This document shows positions 19,323-27,476 of a DNA stretch of 64,000 nucleotides, piece by piece (the stretch's first letter is position 1; the number at the start of each line of letters is the position of its first letter). The position numbers and the translations under genes were made by a program. The DNA is from Chitinophagales bacterium (lineage in GTDB: Bacteria > Bacteroidota > Bacteroidia > Chitinophagales > LD1), in NCBI GenBank assembly GCA_044228435.1, contig JBGAUW010000011.1, positions 69,812-133,811 on the forward strand. The letters run 5' to 3'. Below the pieces are notes generated by a model that worked only from the letters and a program-made list of their open reading frames with translations, did no database searches and was not told the DNA's origin.

Positions 19323-19754
19323 ATGGAGCTAGTTGTAAAACGCAAAACCTTTACCGAAAAATCTACCATAGGGGAATTATTTATTGATGGTAAATTCTTT
19401 TGCTGGACATTAGAGGATAAAGACCGCGGATTTAGTCAGGCGGATAATGTATTGACAATTAAAGCCAAAAAGCTTTTTGCCATAACAGCAATACCTTATG
19501 GCCGATATAAAGTAACGCTTACTGATAGCTCCCGATTTGGCAAACTATTACCATTGCTTAACGATGTAAAAGGCTTTGCCGGCATTCGAATACATCCGGG
19601 CAATAAGCCAGAGGATACGGAGGGCTGTATCTTAGTTGGGGATGCCAGGTATACTGATTTAATTGGCGAAAGCCGTGTTGCGTTTGAAAAGTTAATGAGG
19701 CTTCTTGAGGCAGCTACAAAGAGGGGTGAGCAAATCTTTATAACAATTCAATAA
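19323..19754 (+). CDS. DUF5675-family putative endolysin
   Basis: MELVVKRKTFTEKSTIGELFIDG, WTLED, AIPYGRY, GIRIHPGN..DTEGCILVG. Confidence 0.8.
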   Translation: MELVVKRKTFTEKSTIGELFIDGKFFCWTLEDKDRGFSQADNVLTIKAKKLFAITAIPYGRYKVTLTDSSRFGKLLPLLNDVKGFAGIRIHPGNKPEDTEGCILVGDARYTDLIGESRVAFEKLMRLLEAATKRGEQIFITIQ

Positions 19755-19784
19755 AAAAGGCGGCTGCACCCACTGCAACCGCCT
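19752..19784 (-). terminator. Rho-independent terminator for the integrase (possibly bidirectional)
   Basis: Minus strand AGGCGGTTGCAGTGGGTGCAGCCGCCT followed by a T run. Confidence 0.65.
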
Positions 19785-19830
19785 CACTAACTAACCCACG
19801 CCAAGATAACGCAAAGGCTATAAATTTATT

Positions 19831-20913
19831 TTAGCCCAGATTAACCGGCTTTATTGAATTAACCGCCGCTTTTAGCTTTGCATCTTTAGTTCTTCTGTAA
19901 ACTGCTACCTGCCGGGTTCCCTTATGGCCTAATAACTGTGCCACAACTCTATCATCACCCTCGGCCAATGTTCCGAATGTATGCCGGGCACAGTGCCAGG
20001 TAATATGCTTATCGATATCAGCAGCCTTAACCCATGTTCGTAAATTATACCCGGAAGACTGCCAGCTACTCTTATGGCCCTTCGCTCGTGATGGCAAGCC
20101 TTGGAATACATACTCTGTGCTTTTATCCATCAGGGCAAGTATTTGGGCTGTGGTTTCGTGGATGGGCATTAATCGCTTAGTCTTGGTTTTTTCGCGGGGC
20201 TTACGTATGCCATCGGGCTCGATGTGCTTCCATTGAAGTGCAAAAACATCGGCAAAGTCGAAACCCTGAAAACAGCAAAACAGAAAAGCGTATTTAACTG
20301 TGCTGTTTTGATAGTGGGTACCGGCCAGCTTTTGCAACTCCTCCGGCTCTAAGGTTTCCTTACTTAGAATTGATTCGTCGATATCAAACCGCTTATTCTT
20401 AAACTTCTCGATATCATATTTGCATAGCTTGTCTATATGTGCCCTGCGCAATACCTGGCAGAACTTTATAAAGTAGGCTTTGCCGGTTGAACCCATTACC
20501 TTACCCTCCAGCCATGTTTTAAAATCACTGACAAAGTTTTCGTTTACGCTGCGGAAGGTATGGCCGGCACCATGGCAGCTTTGCAGCTGGGCAATCATAG
20601 CCGTTACCTTTTTCACATCCGTTCGCTTATAATTATCAGCAAACGCATTGAAATAGGAGAGGAGGTTACCCTCCTGGTGCACGGCCGCATCGATTGCGTT
20701 TGCATCCTGCATTATCTCCAGCTCCTTATCCGCTCTTTTCTTTTCGGCCATTATAAGGGCCTCGCGGTTATGGTTCCGTTCTACCGGGTTAGCCGGCTTA
20801 TTGTATAAAAACAACTCCGGAAGCCTCACCCGGTTTCGTATGCCGTTGTGATTTATATCCAGCTGGAAGGTGGTTTTTGTTTTGCGTTCTATTTGTCGAA
20901 GTATTACAGGCAT
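19831..20913 (-). CDS. Tyrosine recombinase/phage integrase (Bacteroidetes type)
   Basis: Arm-binding N-terminus, HCAR box II, LLGH, terminal Tyr (VAVY); box I reads FLFCCFQGFDFAD with D at the Arg-I position. Confidence 0.92.
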   Translation of the reverse strand: MPVILRQIERKTKTTFQLDINHNGIRNRVRLPELFLYNKPANPVERNHNREALIMAEKKRADKELEIMQDANAIDAAVHQEGNLLSYFNAFADNYKRTDVKKVTAMIAQLQSCHGAGHTFRSVNENFVSDFKTWLEGKVMGSTGKAYFIKFCQVLRRAHIDKLCKYDIEKFKNKRFDIDESILSKETLEPEELQKLAGTHYQNSTVKYAFLFCCFQGFDFADVFALQWKHIEPDGIRKPREKTKTKRLMPIHETTAQILALMDKSTEYVFQGLPSRAKGHKSSWQSSGYNLRTWVKAADIDKHITWHCARHTFGTLAEGDDRVVAQLLGHKGTRQVAVYRRTKDAKLKAAVNSIKPVNLG

Positions 20914-21016
20914 ATTATCGCGTGACAGTTTCGTGACGGTTTCGGCTCCAAAAAGGGAAAATAAAGGAAAAAATGTAATTGAAATTTAAGGTAAAAACGC
21001 TGTGGTTTTCATTGGT

Positions 21017-21057
21017 AAAAAGCTGAAACCCTTGATAGGTAAGAGTTTCAGCTTTTT
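21017..21057. terminator. 13-bp inverted repeat downstream of the tRNA
   Basis: AAAAAGCTGAAAC ... GTTTCAGCTTTTT. Confidence 0.55.
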
Positions 21058-21066
21058 GGAGGAGTG

Positions 21067-21138
21067 TACCGCGTAGGGGAATCGAACCCCTATTACCTCC
21101 GTGAAAGGGAGGCGTACTAACCGTTATACGAACGCGGC
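21067..21138 (-). tRNA. tRNA-Glu (TTC)
   Basis: Reverse complement GCCGCGTTCGTATAACGGTTAGTACGCCTCCCTTTCACGGAGGTAATAGGGGTTCGATTCCCCTACGCGGTA folds as a cloverleaf; anticodon loop CTTTCAC; CCA not encoded. Confidence 0.97.
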
Positions 21139-21424
21139 GTATTTTTTAAGAGGACGCAAAAGTAATTTTTTTTTCGAAGCACAAAAGGTTGAACCAAAAT
21201 ATTTAAGCAAACCTGTAAAAAGTTTTTTGCCCACTTTAAAAATTTGCGGTTTTGTAGGGGTTTTTGGCAGTTTTTGCACCCTTCGCTGTTTCGAACATGT
21301 TGGTCTGAACGAATTTTCTTCGTCAACACCCTTTCTGCCCCCAATCTTCCAATTCCCTAATTCCCAATTCCCCCCTTTTCACCTTTCACTTTTCACCTTT
21401 GCCCATTTTAATACCTTTATACCC

Positions 21425-22882
21425 ATGAACAACACCTATGGGCAGCTGATTATTGGGGCTGGTTTTGCGGGCCTTTGCGCGGCCATTAAGTTAAAAGCGC
21501 AGGGTGAGAGTAACTTTATAATTTTAGAGCGCAACGCCGCATTGGGCGGCACCTGGTACGATAACCACTACCCCGGCGCAGCCTGCGATGTAGAATCGCA
21601 CCTATATTCATTCAGTTTTGAGCCTAACCCCAACTGGAGCCGCGAGTTTAGCCCCCAACAGGAGATTTTAAACTACATGGAGCATTGCGCCGAAAAATAC
21701 AGCCTAAAGACCCAAATACGCCTTAATACAGAGGTTGCAAGCGCTGTTTTTAACGAGGCCGAAGGTATTTGGTTGGTTACTACTACTACCGGCGAGGAAT
21801 TTAAGGGCCGGGCCATTATTTCGTGCACCGGCGGACTTAGCCAGCCCATGTATCCCGATATTAAGGGGCTCGACACTTTTAAAGGCACCATGTTCCACTC
21901 GGCCAAGTGGGATAACAGCGTTGATTTAACAGGTAAAACCGTGGCCGTAATAGGCACCGGCGCCAGCGCCATTCAAATAGTGCCCGCCATTGCGCCAATT
22001 GTGGCCCGGTTGAAGCTTTTTCAGCGCACGCCGCCGTGGATACTGCCTAAACCCGATGGAGAAATATCATCTCTGCGCCGCTGGCTTTACGCTAACCTGC
22101 CTTTTACAAGGGCCTTGCATCGCCGCCGCCTGTATTGGCAGCACGAGGGTATGGCCCTGGGCTTTGTAAAGTTTCCCGGCCTGCTTAAACTGGCCAGCAA
22201 CATGGCCCTGCGCTTTTTAAAGCAAAGTGTGGCCGATGAGCAACTGCGGGCCAAACTAACCCCCACGTATGTAATGGGCTGTAAGCGTGTATTAATAAGC
22301 AACGATTATTACCCGGCGCTGGTGCGCAAAAATGTAGAGGTAGTTACCGATGGTATACAGCAAATAAATGCTACCGGTGTGCTTACCGCCAATGGCCGCC
22401 AGCATAATGTAGATGCTATAGTTATTGCCACCGGTTTTAAGGCGGCTGAGGAGGTTAGCCGCTTTACGGTTAAAGGCCGCAACGGGCTGGATCTAAACGA
22501 GGCCTGGCGCGATGGGGCTGAGGCTTACCTGGGCACTACGGTATCGGGCTTTCCCAACATGTTTTTGGTGGTGGGGCCCAACACCGGCCTTGGCCATAGC
22601 AGCATGATATTGATGATAGAGGCCCAGGTGCACCTGATAATGGAAAGTCTGAAGGCTATTAAGCAACACAACGCTAAGTTTATCGATTTAAAACCTGCAG
22701 TGCAGCGCGAGTTTAATGAGCAAATACAACAGCGCCTGGCAACTACGGTGTGGCAAAAGGGCGGCTGCCACAGCTGGTACCAATTAAAGAACGGGAAAAA
22801 CGTTACTCTTTGGCCGGGCTTCACCTTTACGTTTATGCAGCGCACCAAAAAGTTTGAAGCAGAGAAGTATGAGATTGTTTAA
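21425..22882 (+). CDS. Flavin-containing monooxygenase (Baeyer-Villiger type)
   Basis: IIGAGFAG, GGTWYDNHYPGAACD, FHSAKWD, VIGTGASAIQ, ATGF. True start 21425; the longer ORF runs across the tRNA. Confidence 0.92.
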   Translation: MNNTYGQLIIGAGFAGLCAAIKLKAQGESNFIILERNAALGGTWYDNHYPGAACDVESHLYSFSFEPNPNWSREFSPQQEILNYMEHCAEKYSLKTQIRLNTEVASAVFNEAEGIWLVTTTTGEEFKGRAIISCTGGLSQPMYPDIKGLDTFKGTMFHSAKWDNSVDLTGKTVAVIGTGASAIQIVPAIAPIVARLKLFQRTPPWILPKPDGEISSLRRWLYANLPFTRALHRRRLYWQHEGMALGFVKFPGLLKLASNMALRFLKQSVADEQLRAKLTPTYVMGCKRVLISNDYYPALVRKNVEVVTDGIQQINATGVLTANGRQHNVDAIVIATGFKAAEEVSRFTVKGRNGLDLNEAWRDGAEAYLGTTVSGFPNMFLVVGPNTGLGHSSMILMIEAQVHLIMESLKAIKQHNAKFIDLKPAVQREFNEQIQQRLATTVWQKGGCHSWYQLKNGKNVTLWPGFTFTFMQRTKKFEAEKYEIV

Positions 22883-22907
22883 TGAGAACTAAAATTACCA
22901 AACAAAG

Positions 22908-22990
22908 CAAATGTCACACTGAGCGTAGTCGAAGTGCGTCATTTGCGCAGGCTAAAGCACTTGTCTTCGACTTTGCTCAGACTGACATGC
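22908..22990. repeat. REP-like palindromic doublet, copy 1
   Basis: GTCACACTGAGCGTAGTCGAAG...CTTCGACTTTGCTCAGACTGAC; a reverse-complement copy lies at 57971-58076. Confidence 0.85.
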
Positions 22991-23041
22991 TTTCTGAGTG
23001 TAATTGTCGTTTTATTGAGGTATAAATTAAAGTATAGGTAA

Positions 23042-23974
23042 ATGGCCGTAGTCCGCAATTTTTTGTTTCACCGTGTTAACCCTGTGCGCGACCGCCTTTG
23101 GGACCCTATGGATGTGGCCCTCTTCGACCGGTGCGTAAAGTTTATAGCGCAAAAGTATAAGGTAGTTTTAATTGAAGAGCTGGCCCTTTCGGAGGATTTG
23201 AAAAATGGAAGTGGCTATGCCACTATTATGTTTGATGATGGGTATAAAGATAACCTGGAGTATGCCGCCCCCATTTTGCAAAAGTACAACTGCAAGGCAT
23301 CGTTTTATATAGTTACCGATTGCATTGATAAAAACATACCTACCTGGACTCACATCCTCGAGCACCGGTTTCAGCATACGCAACAACAGACTATTGATTT
23401 AACCTTCTCATTTTTGCCCGACGATTTAAAGGTTACAAAACTAAACAGCGCCGAAGAGCGCATTGCTTTTGTTAACCGCTTAAAACCCTTTTTAAAAAAG
23501 CTGCCCCACCATCAGCGCAACCAGGTATTAACTACGGTAGATAATGCTTATAACGATGCAGAGCTGCCTACGCTAATGATGGATTGGAACGAGGTTAAGC
23601 AACTGCAAAGCGCCGGGCATTATATAGGCTCGCACGCTGTTACGCATTGCATGTTGGGCACCATGGGCGACGAGGCCGAAGTGAAGCAGGAGCTATTGCA
23701 ATCGGCGCAAACTATACAGCAACGGCTGGGGCATTTTCCGCTCACTATATCTTACCCCGTAGGCAGTTTTAACCCTGCTACCAAACGGCTTAGCAAAGAG
23801 GTGGGTTATAAAATAGGGCTTGCCACTAAGCAGGATATTTACAATCCCGCTAAAGATGATTTGTTTGAAATACCGCGTATAGAGTTGTATAACGAACCGT
23901 GGTGGAAAACGCGGTTGCGAATTTCTAATACCTTAGAGGATATAAAAGTTTTAACAGGCCGCAAAAAACGATAA
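23042..23974 (+). CDS. Polysaccharide deacetylase family protein
   Basis: FLFHRV, IMFDDGYKDN, GSHAVTH, SYPVG, IPRI NodB-like motifs. Confidence 0.9.
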   Translation: MAVVRNFLFHRVNPVRDRLWDPMDVALFDRCVKFIAQKYKVVLIEELALSEDLKNGSGYATIMFDDGYKDNLEYAAPILQKYNCKASFYIVTDCIDKNIPTWTHILEHRFQHTQQQTIDLTFSFLPDDLKVTKLNSAEERIAFVNRLKPFLKKLPHHQRNQVLTTVDNAYNDAELPTLMMDWNEVKQLQSAGHYIGSHAVTHCMLGTMGDEAEVKQELLQSAQTIQQRLGHFPLTISYPVGSFNPATKRLSKEVGYKIGLATKQDIYNPAKDDLFEIPRIELYNEPWWKTRLRISNTLEDIKVLTGRKKR

Positions 23975-23983
23975 ACCGCAGAA

Positions 23984-24949
23984 GTGGATATGAGTGATTA
24001 CAGTATCAGAAAGCTAAACGAAAACGAGTTTCACCTGCTTATACCCTTAATGCAGGATTGCTTTGGGCTAAACTTTGATGTGGCTTACTTTAAATGGAAG
24101 TTTGTAGATAACCCCGCAGGCTTTGTAGTTGGCTTTATAGCCGAGGCCGCTAATGGCGAAGTAGCTGCGTACTATGGTGTAATACCCGAGCTGTATAGCA
24201 TTGAAGGAAAGGAAACCACCATTTACCAAAGCTGCGATACCATGACCCACAGCCGCCACCGGCGCAAGGGCTTGTTTCAAAAACTGGCTTTGCATTGCTA
24301 CGATTATTTAAAGCAAAACGATAAGCTATTTGTAATTGGTTTTGGCGGCGGACAAAGCACCCCCGGCTTTTTAAAATTTGGCTGGCTGCATATTTTCGAT
24401 GTGCGCTACTATTTCTACCCAAGGCAGTTTGCATTGTTTAAACGCACGCCCGATACCCGCGTAAAACAACTTACCGATTATAAACCTATAGAGGCGCTTT
24501 TGCTTAAAAGCAATGCCGGTGCTACCATACACTCGCATAAAACGCTGCGCAACTTTACCTGGCGCATCGCTAACCCGGCCAACCACTACCAGGTGTTGGG
24601 CTATCAATCGGCTACCGGTTACACTTCTTACATCTGCTACTACATTACTACCGATAAAATTGTGCTGTTCGATTTTTACTTTGCTACACAGGCCGAGGGT
24701 AAAGCCCTGCTGCGCGAGCTAAAAAACAAGCTGCCAGGCAGCAGCTACAAAGGCATTATCTCGTTTGTGCAGCAAGGTTCGGCTTATGCTACTGCCTTAA
24801 AGCAAGCGGGCTTTATTGCCAACCCGTTTAATAAAGGCCCCCTAAGCGAAAAGGTGCCCTTTATTTTTTACGCCCCACAACAGCAACTCGATAAATACAA
24901 AGCTCCGCACAACTGGCAAATAGGCTCGTTTGATCATGATGCTTTGTAA
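23984..24949 (+). CDS. GNAT-family N-acetyltransferase
   Basis: YFKWKFVDNP, QSCDTMTHSRHRRKGLF acetyl-CoA motif, GFLKFGW. Confidence 0.85.
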   Translation: MDMSDYSIRKLNENEFHLLIPLMQDCFGLNFDVAYFKWKFVDNPAGFVVGFIAEAANGEVAAYYGVIPELYSIEGKETTIYQSCDTMTHSRHRRKGLFQKLALHCYDYLKQNDKLFVIGFGGGQSTPGFLKFGWLHIFDVRYYFYPRQFALFKRTPDTRVKQLTDYKPIEALLLKSNAGATIHSHKTLRNFTWRIANPANHYQVLGYQSATGYTSYICYYITTDKIVLFDFYFATQAEGKALLRELKNKLPGSSYKGIISFVQQGSAYATALKQAGFIANPFNKGPLSEKVPFIFYAPQQQLDKYKAPHNWQIGSFDHDAL

Positions 24950-25084
24950 TGGTTGAGTCATCCGATGACTTTTTAAATTAATAGGGTCTTCAATAATTTA
25001 AAATAGCCAGCATTGTCTGATAAGGTTCATTGGATGACTGGCGCTCATGATATGCAGTAGATGTTAAGCTAAATATCGGCTCCG

Positions 25085-25176
25085 TTCTATGGTTAACCAA
25101 GGTTAACACTTTTCGCTTTTTAATTTTACAAGTAGCTGATTAGTAAATAAGTATTTCGGCGATGTTAACCATAGAA
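25085..25176. repeat. Inverted repeat pair with ATGGTTAAC core
   Basis: TTCTATGGTTAAC 25085-25097 / GTTAACCATAGAA 25164-25176; related element at 63239-63324. Confidence 0.5.
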
Positions 25177-25404
25177 CCGTTCTATTTTGTATTGTTATTT
25201 ATTTGTATGTGTAATAAAGGTGTTGCGTTTTGAATGCATTTTTAATATTGGCCGGCTAACTGGTGTAAGTACCACAACGTATGTAAACATGATGCCGGGG
25301 AAATGGGATGTTAATCCGGTGTTTGTAAAAAATTAAAAATAGCGTTGGTTAAGCTTTTACAAATTTTGACCATTGCTAAAATGATTGATAGTTTTGCCCT
25401 TGCT

Positions 25405-25764
25405 ATGCGGCATACTTATTTGCAACCGTGGTTAATGGCTGGTGTATATTTATTACATCTGCTTTTTTTTGAGAGCCTGATGCTGCAGTCGGCTAATGCC
25501 AATATTGCCGGTATAAGTATTTGCAGTCACAGTCATTCGCGCAAAATGCCCGTAAAAGGGCTTATAGAGTATGCGCAGCTACTAAAGTACGAAAACAATG
25601 AGGATAGCTATGCAGAGCAACAGACAGAGCCCGAGGCAGTTGTTGCCCTGCTAAACTGTAATAAAGATTTTTGTGCACCACTTACCAGGTTGTTTGGTAA
25701 AAGCTTTTCCCGTCTTGCGCCTGCCTGGCGGCTATACCGGTTGATACAGGTGTTCCGTATTTAA
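25405..25764 (+). CDS. Hypothetical exported/leader protein
   Basis: Hydrophobic N-terminus, CSHSHS, C-terminal RLIQVFRI; precedes the TauE gene. Confidence 0.5.
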   Translation: MRHTYLQPWLMAGVYLLHLLFFESLMLQSANANIAGISICSHSHSRKMPVKGLIEYAQLLKYENNEDSYAEQQTEPEAVVALLNCNKDFCAPLTRLFGKSFSRLAPAWRLYRLIQVFRI

Positions 25765-25905
25765 AAAATTACTACCTACTTTTTTTTGTGATGGCTGTAA
25801 AAGCAGCCATTAAATGCTTTTGGCTATACCTTAAAAAAGGTGTAACGGAAGATGCGGACCATTGGCCTGCGGGTGTAATTATTTATTTAAAATAAACGAA
25901 ACTAT

Positions 25906-26292
25906 ATGAATTGGTTGTTGATTATAAACTTAATGCTGCTTGGAATGGTAGCAGGTTATTTTAGCGGGTTGGTGGGAATTGGCGGGGGAGTAATTATTGT
26001 TCCGGCGCTGGTTTTATTATTTGGATTTAGTCAGCATAATGCACAGGGTACCACCTTAGCCTTACTGGTACCACCCATAGGTATATTAGGTGCGCTAACG
26101 TATTACCAGAAGGGGTATGTAGATGTAAAATCGGCAGCGTTTATTTGTGTTGGTTTTTTAGTGGGCGGCTATTTGGGCGGCAAATTGGCCTTAGCGCTGC
26201 CCGATTATATACTTAAGCGGGTATTTGCAGTAATACTAATAGGGCTGGGCGTGCGCATGTTGTTGGTTAAAAGTACCGGTACGGCCTTATGA
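25906..26292 (+). CDS. Half-size sulfite exporter TauE/SafE (TSUP) family protein
   Basis: SGLVGIGGGVIIVPAL, QHNAQGTTLA; 128 aa single repeat. Confidence 0.88.
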   Translation: MNWLLIINLMLLGMVAGYFSGLVGIGGGVIIVPALVLLFGFSQHNAQGTTLALLVPPIGILGALTYYQKGYVDVKSAAFICVGFLVGGYLGGKLALALPDYILKRVFAVILIGLGVRMLLVKSTGTAL

Positions 26293-27083
26293 AAAGTGGA
26301 GTGCAGCTTTTTATTGTTAGGTGCGCGGCCTTAATTTTTATGTTAAGCCCTGCGTTTACAACACACTTACAGGCACAAAATAAACCTGTAAATAATACGG
26401 GGCAGTTTTGGGGCGAAGTGGATTTGGCCGGACGTATTTCTAAAAAGTTTAAATGGCAGTTCGATCTTCAATATTCGCGACAAAGTGCCTATGAAGAGCA
26501 CAACCTCTTCGAAAATAATTCGCAACTTACTATACGGCCGTGGCTACATTACACTCCGGTAAAGAATTGGCGTATATCTACCTTCGTGGGTCTTTGGTAT
26601 AATTTTGCAGTGCCGGTAGTTGGGGCGCGCGAGTACCCCGAAATACGTGCGGCTATACAGGTTAATTACTACACACCGGTGCGAAAGCATTTAATACTTA
26701 ACCGCTTAAGGCCCGAGTTGCGTGAGATGCGCGACCAACAGGGTGTTTTTGAAACCGTAGGGCGGCTTAGGTATGAGTTTAAGTATCAGTACCTGTTGTT
26801 CCATAGTTTGTACGATAAAAACAGCATTTACCTTATTGCTTTTGATGAGGTTTTTGCCAATATGGGTAGTAAGGTAACGGGGTATAAATTCTTCGATCAG
26901 AATCGTGTGTTTCTGGGTTTGGGCTATGGCATTACAAATAATATTGCAGTTGAAACAGGTTACTTTAATCAGTTTCAAATGCATGCGCATGATGCACACG
27001 CCGACATGAATCATGTGTGGCAACTTACTTTGCTGATTGATGGCTTGAACAGAAAAGTAGCCCCTGCGAACAAGCGATTATAG
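26289..27083 (+). CDS. DUF2490-family outer-membrane beta-barrel
   Basis: RLRYEFK, AFDEVF, FFDQNRVFLGLGY, ETGYFNQ; signal peptide. Confidence 0.85.
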   Translation: MKSGVQLFIVRCAALIFMLSPAFTTHLQAQNKPVNNTGQFWGEVDLAGRISKKFKWQFDLQYSRQSAYEEHNLFENNSQLTIRPWLHYTPVKNWRISTFVGLWYNFAVPVVGAREYPEIRAAIQVNYYTPVRKHLILNRLRPELREMRDQQGVFETVGRLRYEFKYQYLLFHSLYDKNSIYLIAFDEVFANMGSKVTGYKFFDQNRVFLGLGYGITNNIAVETGYFNQFQMHAHDAHADMNHVWQLTLLIDGLNRKVAPANKRL

Positions 27084-27095
27084 CTTTGCAGGGGC
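27060..27095 (+). terminator. Hairpin overlapping the DUF2490 stop codon
   Basis: GCCCCTGCGAA...TTGCAGGGGC followed by a T-rich run. Confidence 0.5.
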
Positions 27096-27116
27096 TGTGC
27101 TTTCTTATTTCTACAA

Positions 27117-27344
27117 GTGTCATGGTGTCAACCTCCACGAGAGGATGATACCATGATACCGGGGGAAATTAAAGACCACCCCCTCGACCTTCGGTCGAGA
27201 CCCCTCCTTGAACGCGTCCCGCGGTGGCGGGACAAGGAGGGGATAGCCTCGCTCTTGATATTAGCACTAAGGCTGTTGGCTGTTATTATCCCCTCATCAA
27301 TCGAGGAGGGGTGTCCCGACGCTTTGGTCGCGACGGGGTGGTCT
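27117..27344. repeat. Stacked palindromic repeats (19-bp hairpin plus nested REP doublet)
   Basis: Hairpin 27117-27159; outer IR AGACCACCCC 27172-27181 / GGGGTGGTCT 27335-27344 enclosing four sub-hairpins including a C(TTCG)G loop. Confidence 0.75.
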
Positions 27345-27476
27345 GTATTGTGAGCGCCCGAAGGGTGGGGTGGTTTATTGCTTAGGCGTAAAGCACCATA
27401 GCACGCAGGCCCGAGGGACGCACACTTAAGAGCGGGGCGGTACAGTAAAGCCCCCAAAAATGTATTAGTTGTTTAA

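Larger units (their letters stand above)
17200..21066. mobile_element. Prophage end (tail fibre, lysis cassette, integrase) at the tRNA-Glu 3' end
   Basis: Gene order tail fibre-holin-like-holin-like-spanin-lysin, convergent tyrosine integrase, tRNA immediately beyond. Left boundary approximate. Confidence 0.85.

Noticed and set aside
21101-21424. N-terminal 108-aa extension of the monooxygenase ORF
   Set aside because: Overlaps tRNA-Glu and heptamer repeats; the FAD-binding motif starts right after ATG 21425.
27117-27457. ORFs 27117..27353(+) and 27128..27457(-)
   Set aside because: They run through GC-rich palindromic repeats that lack stops by chance; no protein-like features.
27090-27470. 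RNase P RNA, tmRNA, 6S RNA or group II intron remnant
   Set aside because: No GAGGAAAGUCC (RNase P), no tRNA-like ends or tag ORF, no domain V AGC/GAAA signature recognised; kept only as an unexplained structured region.
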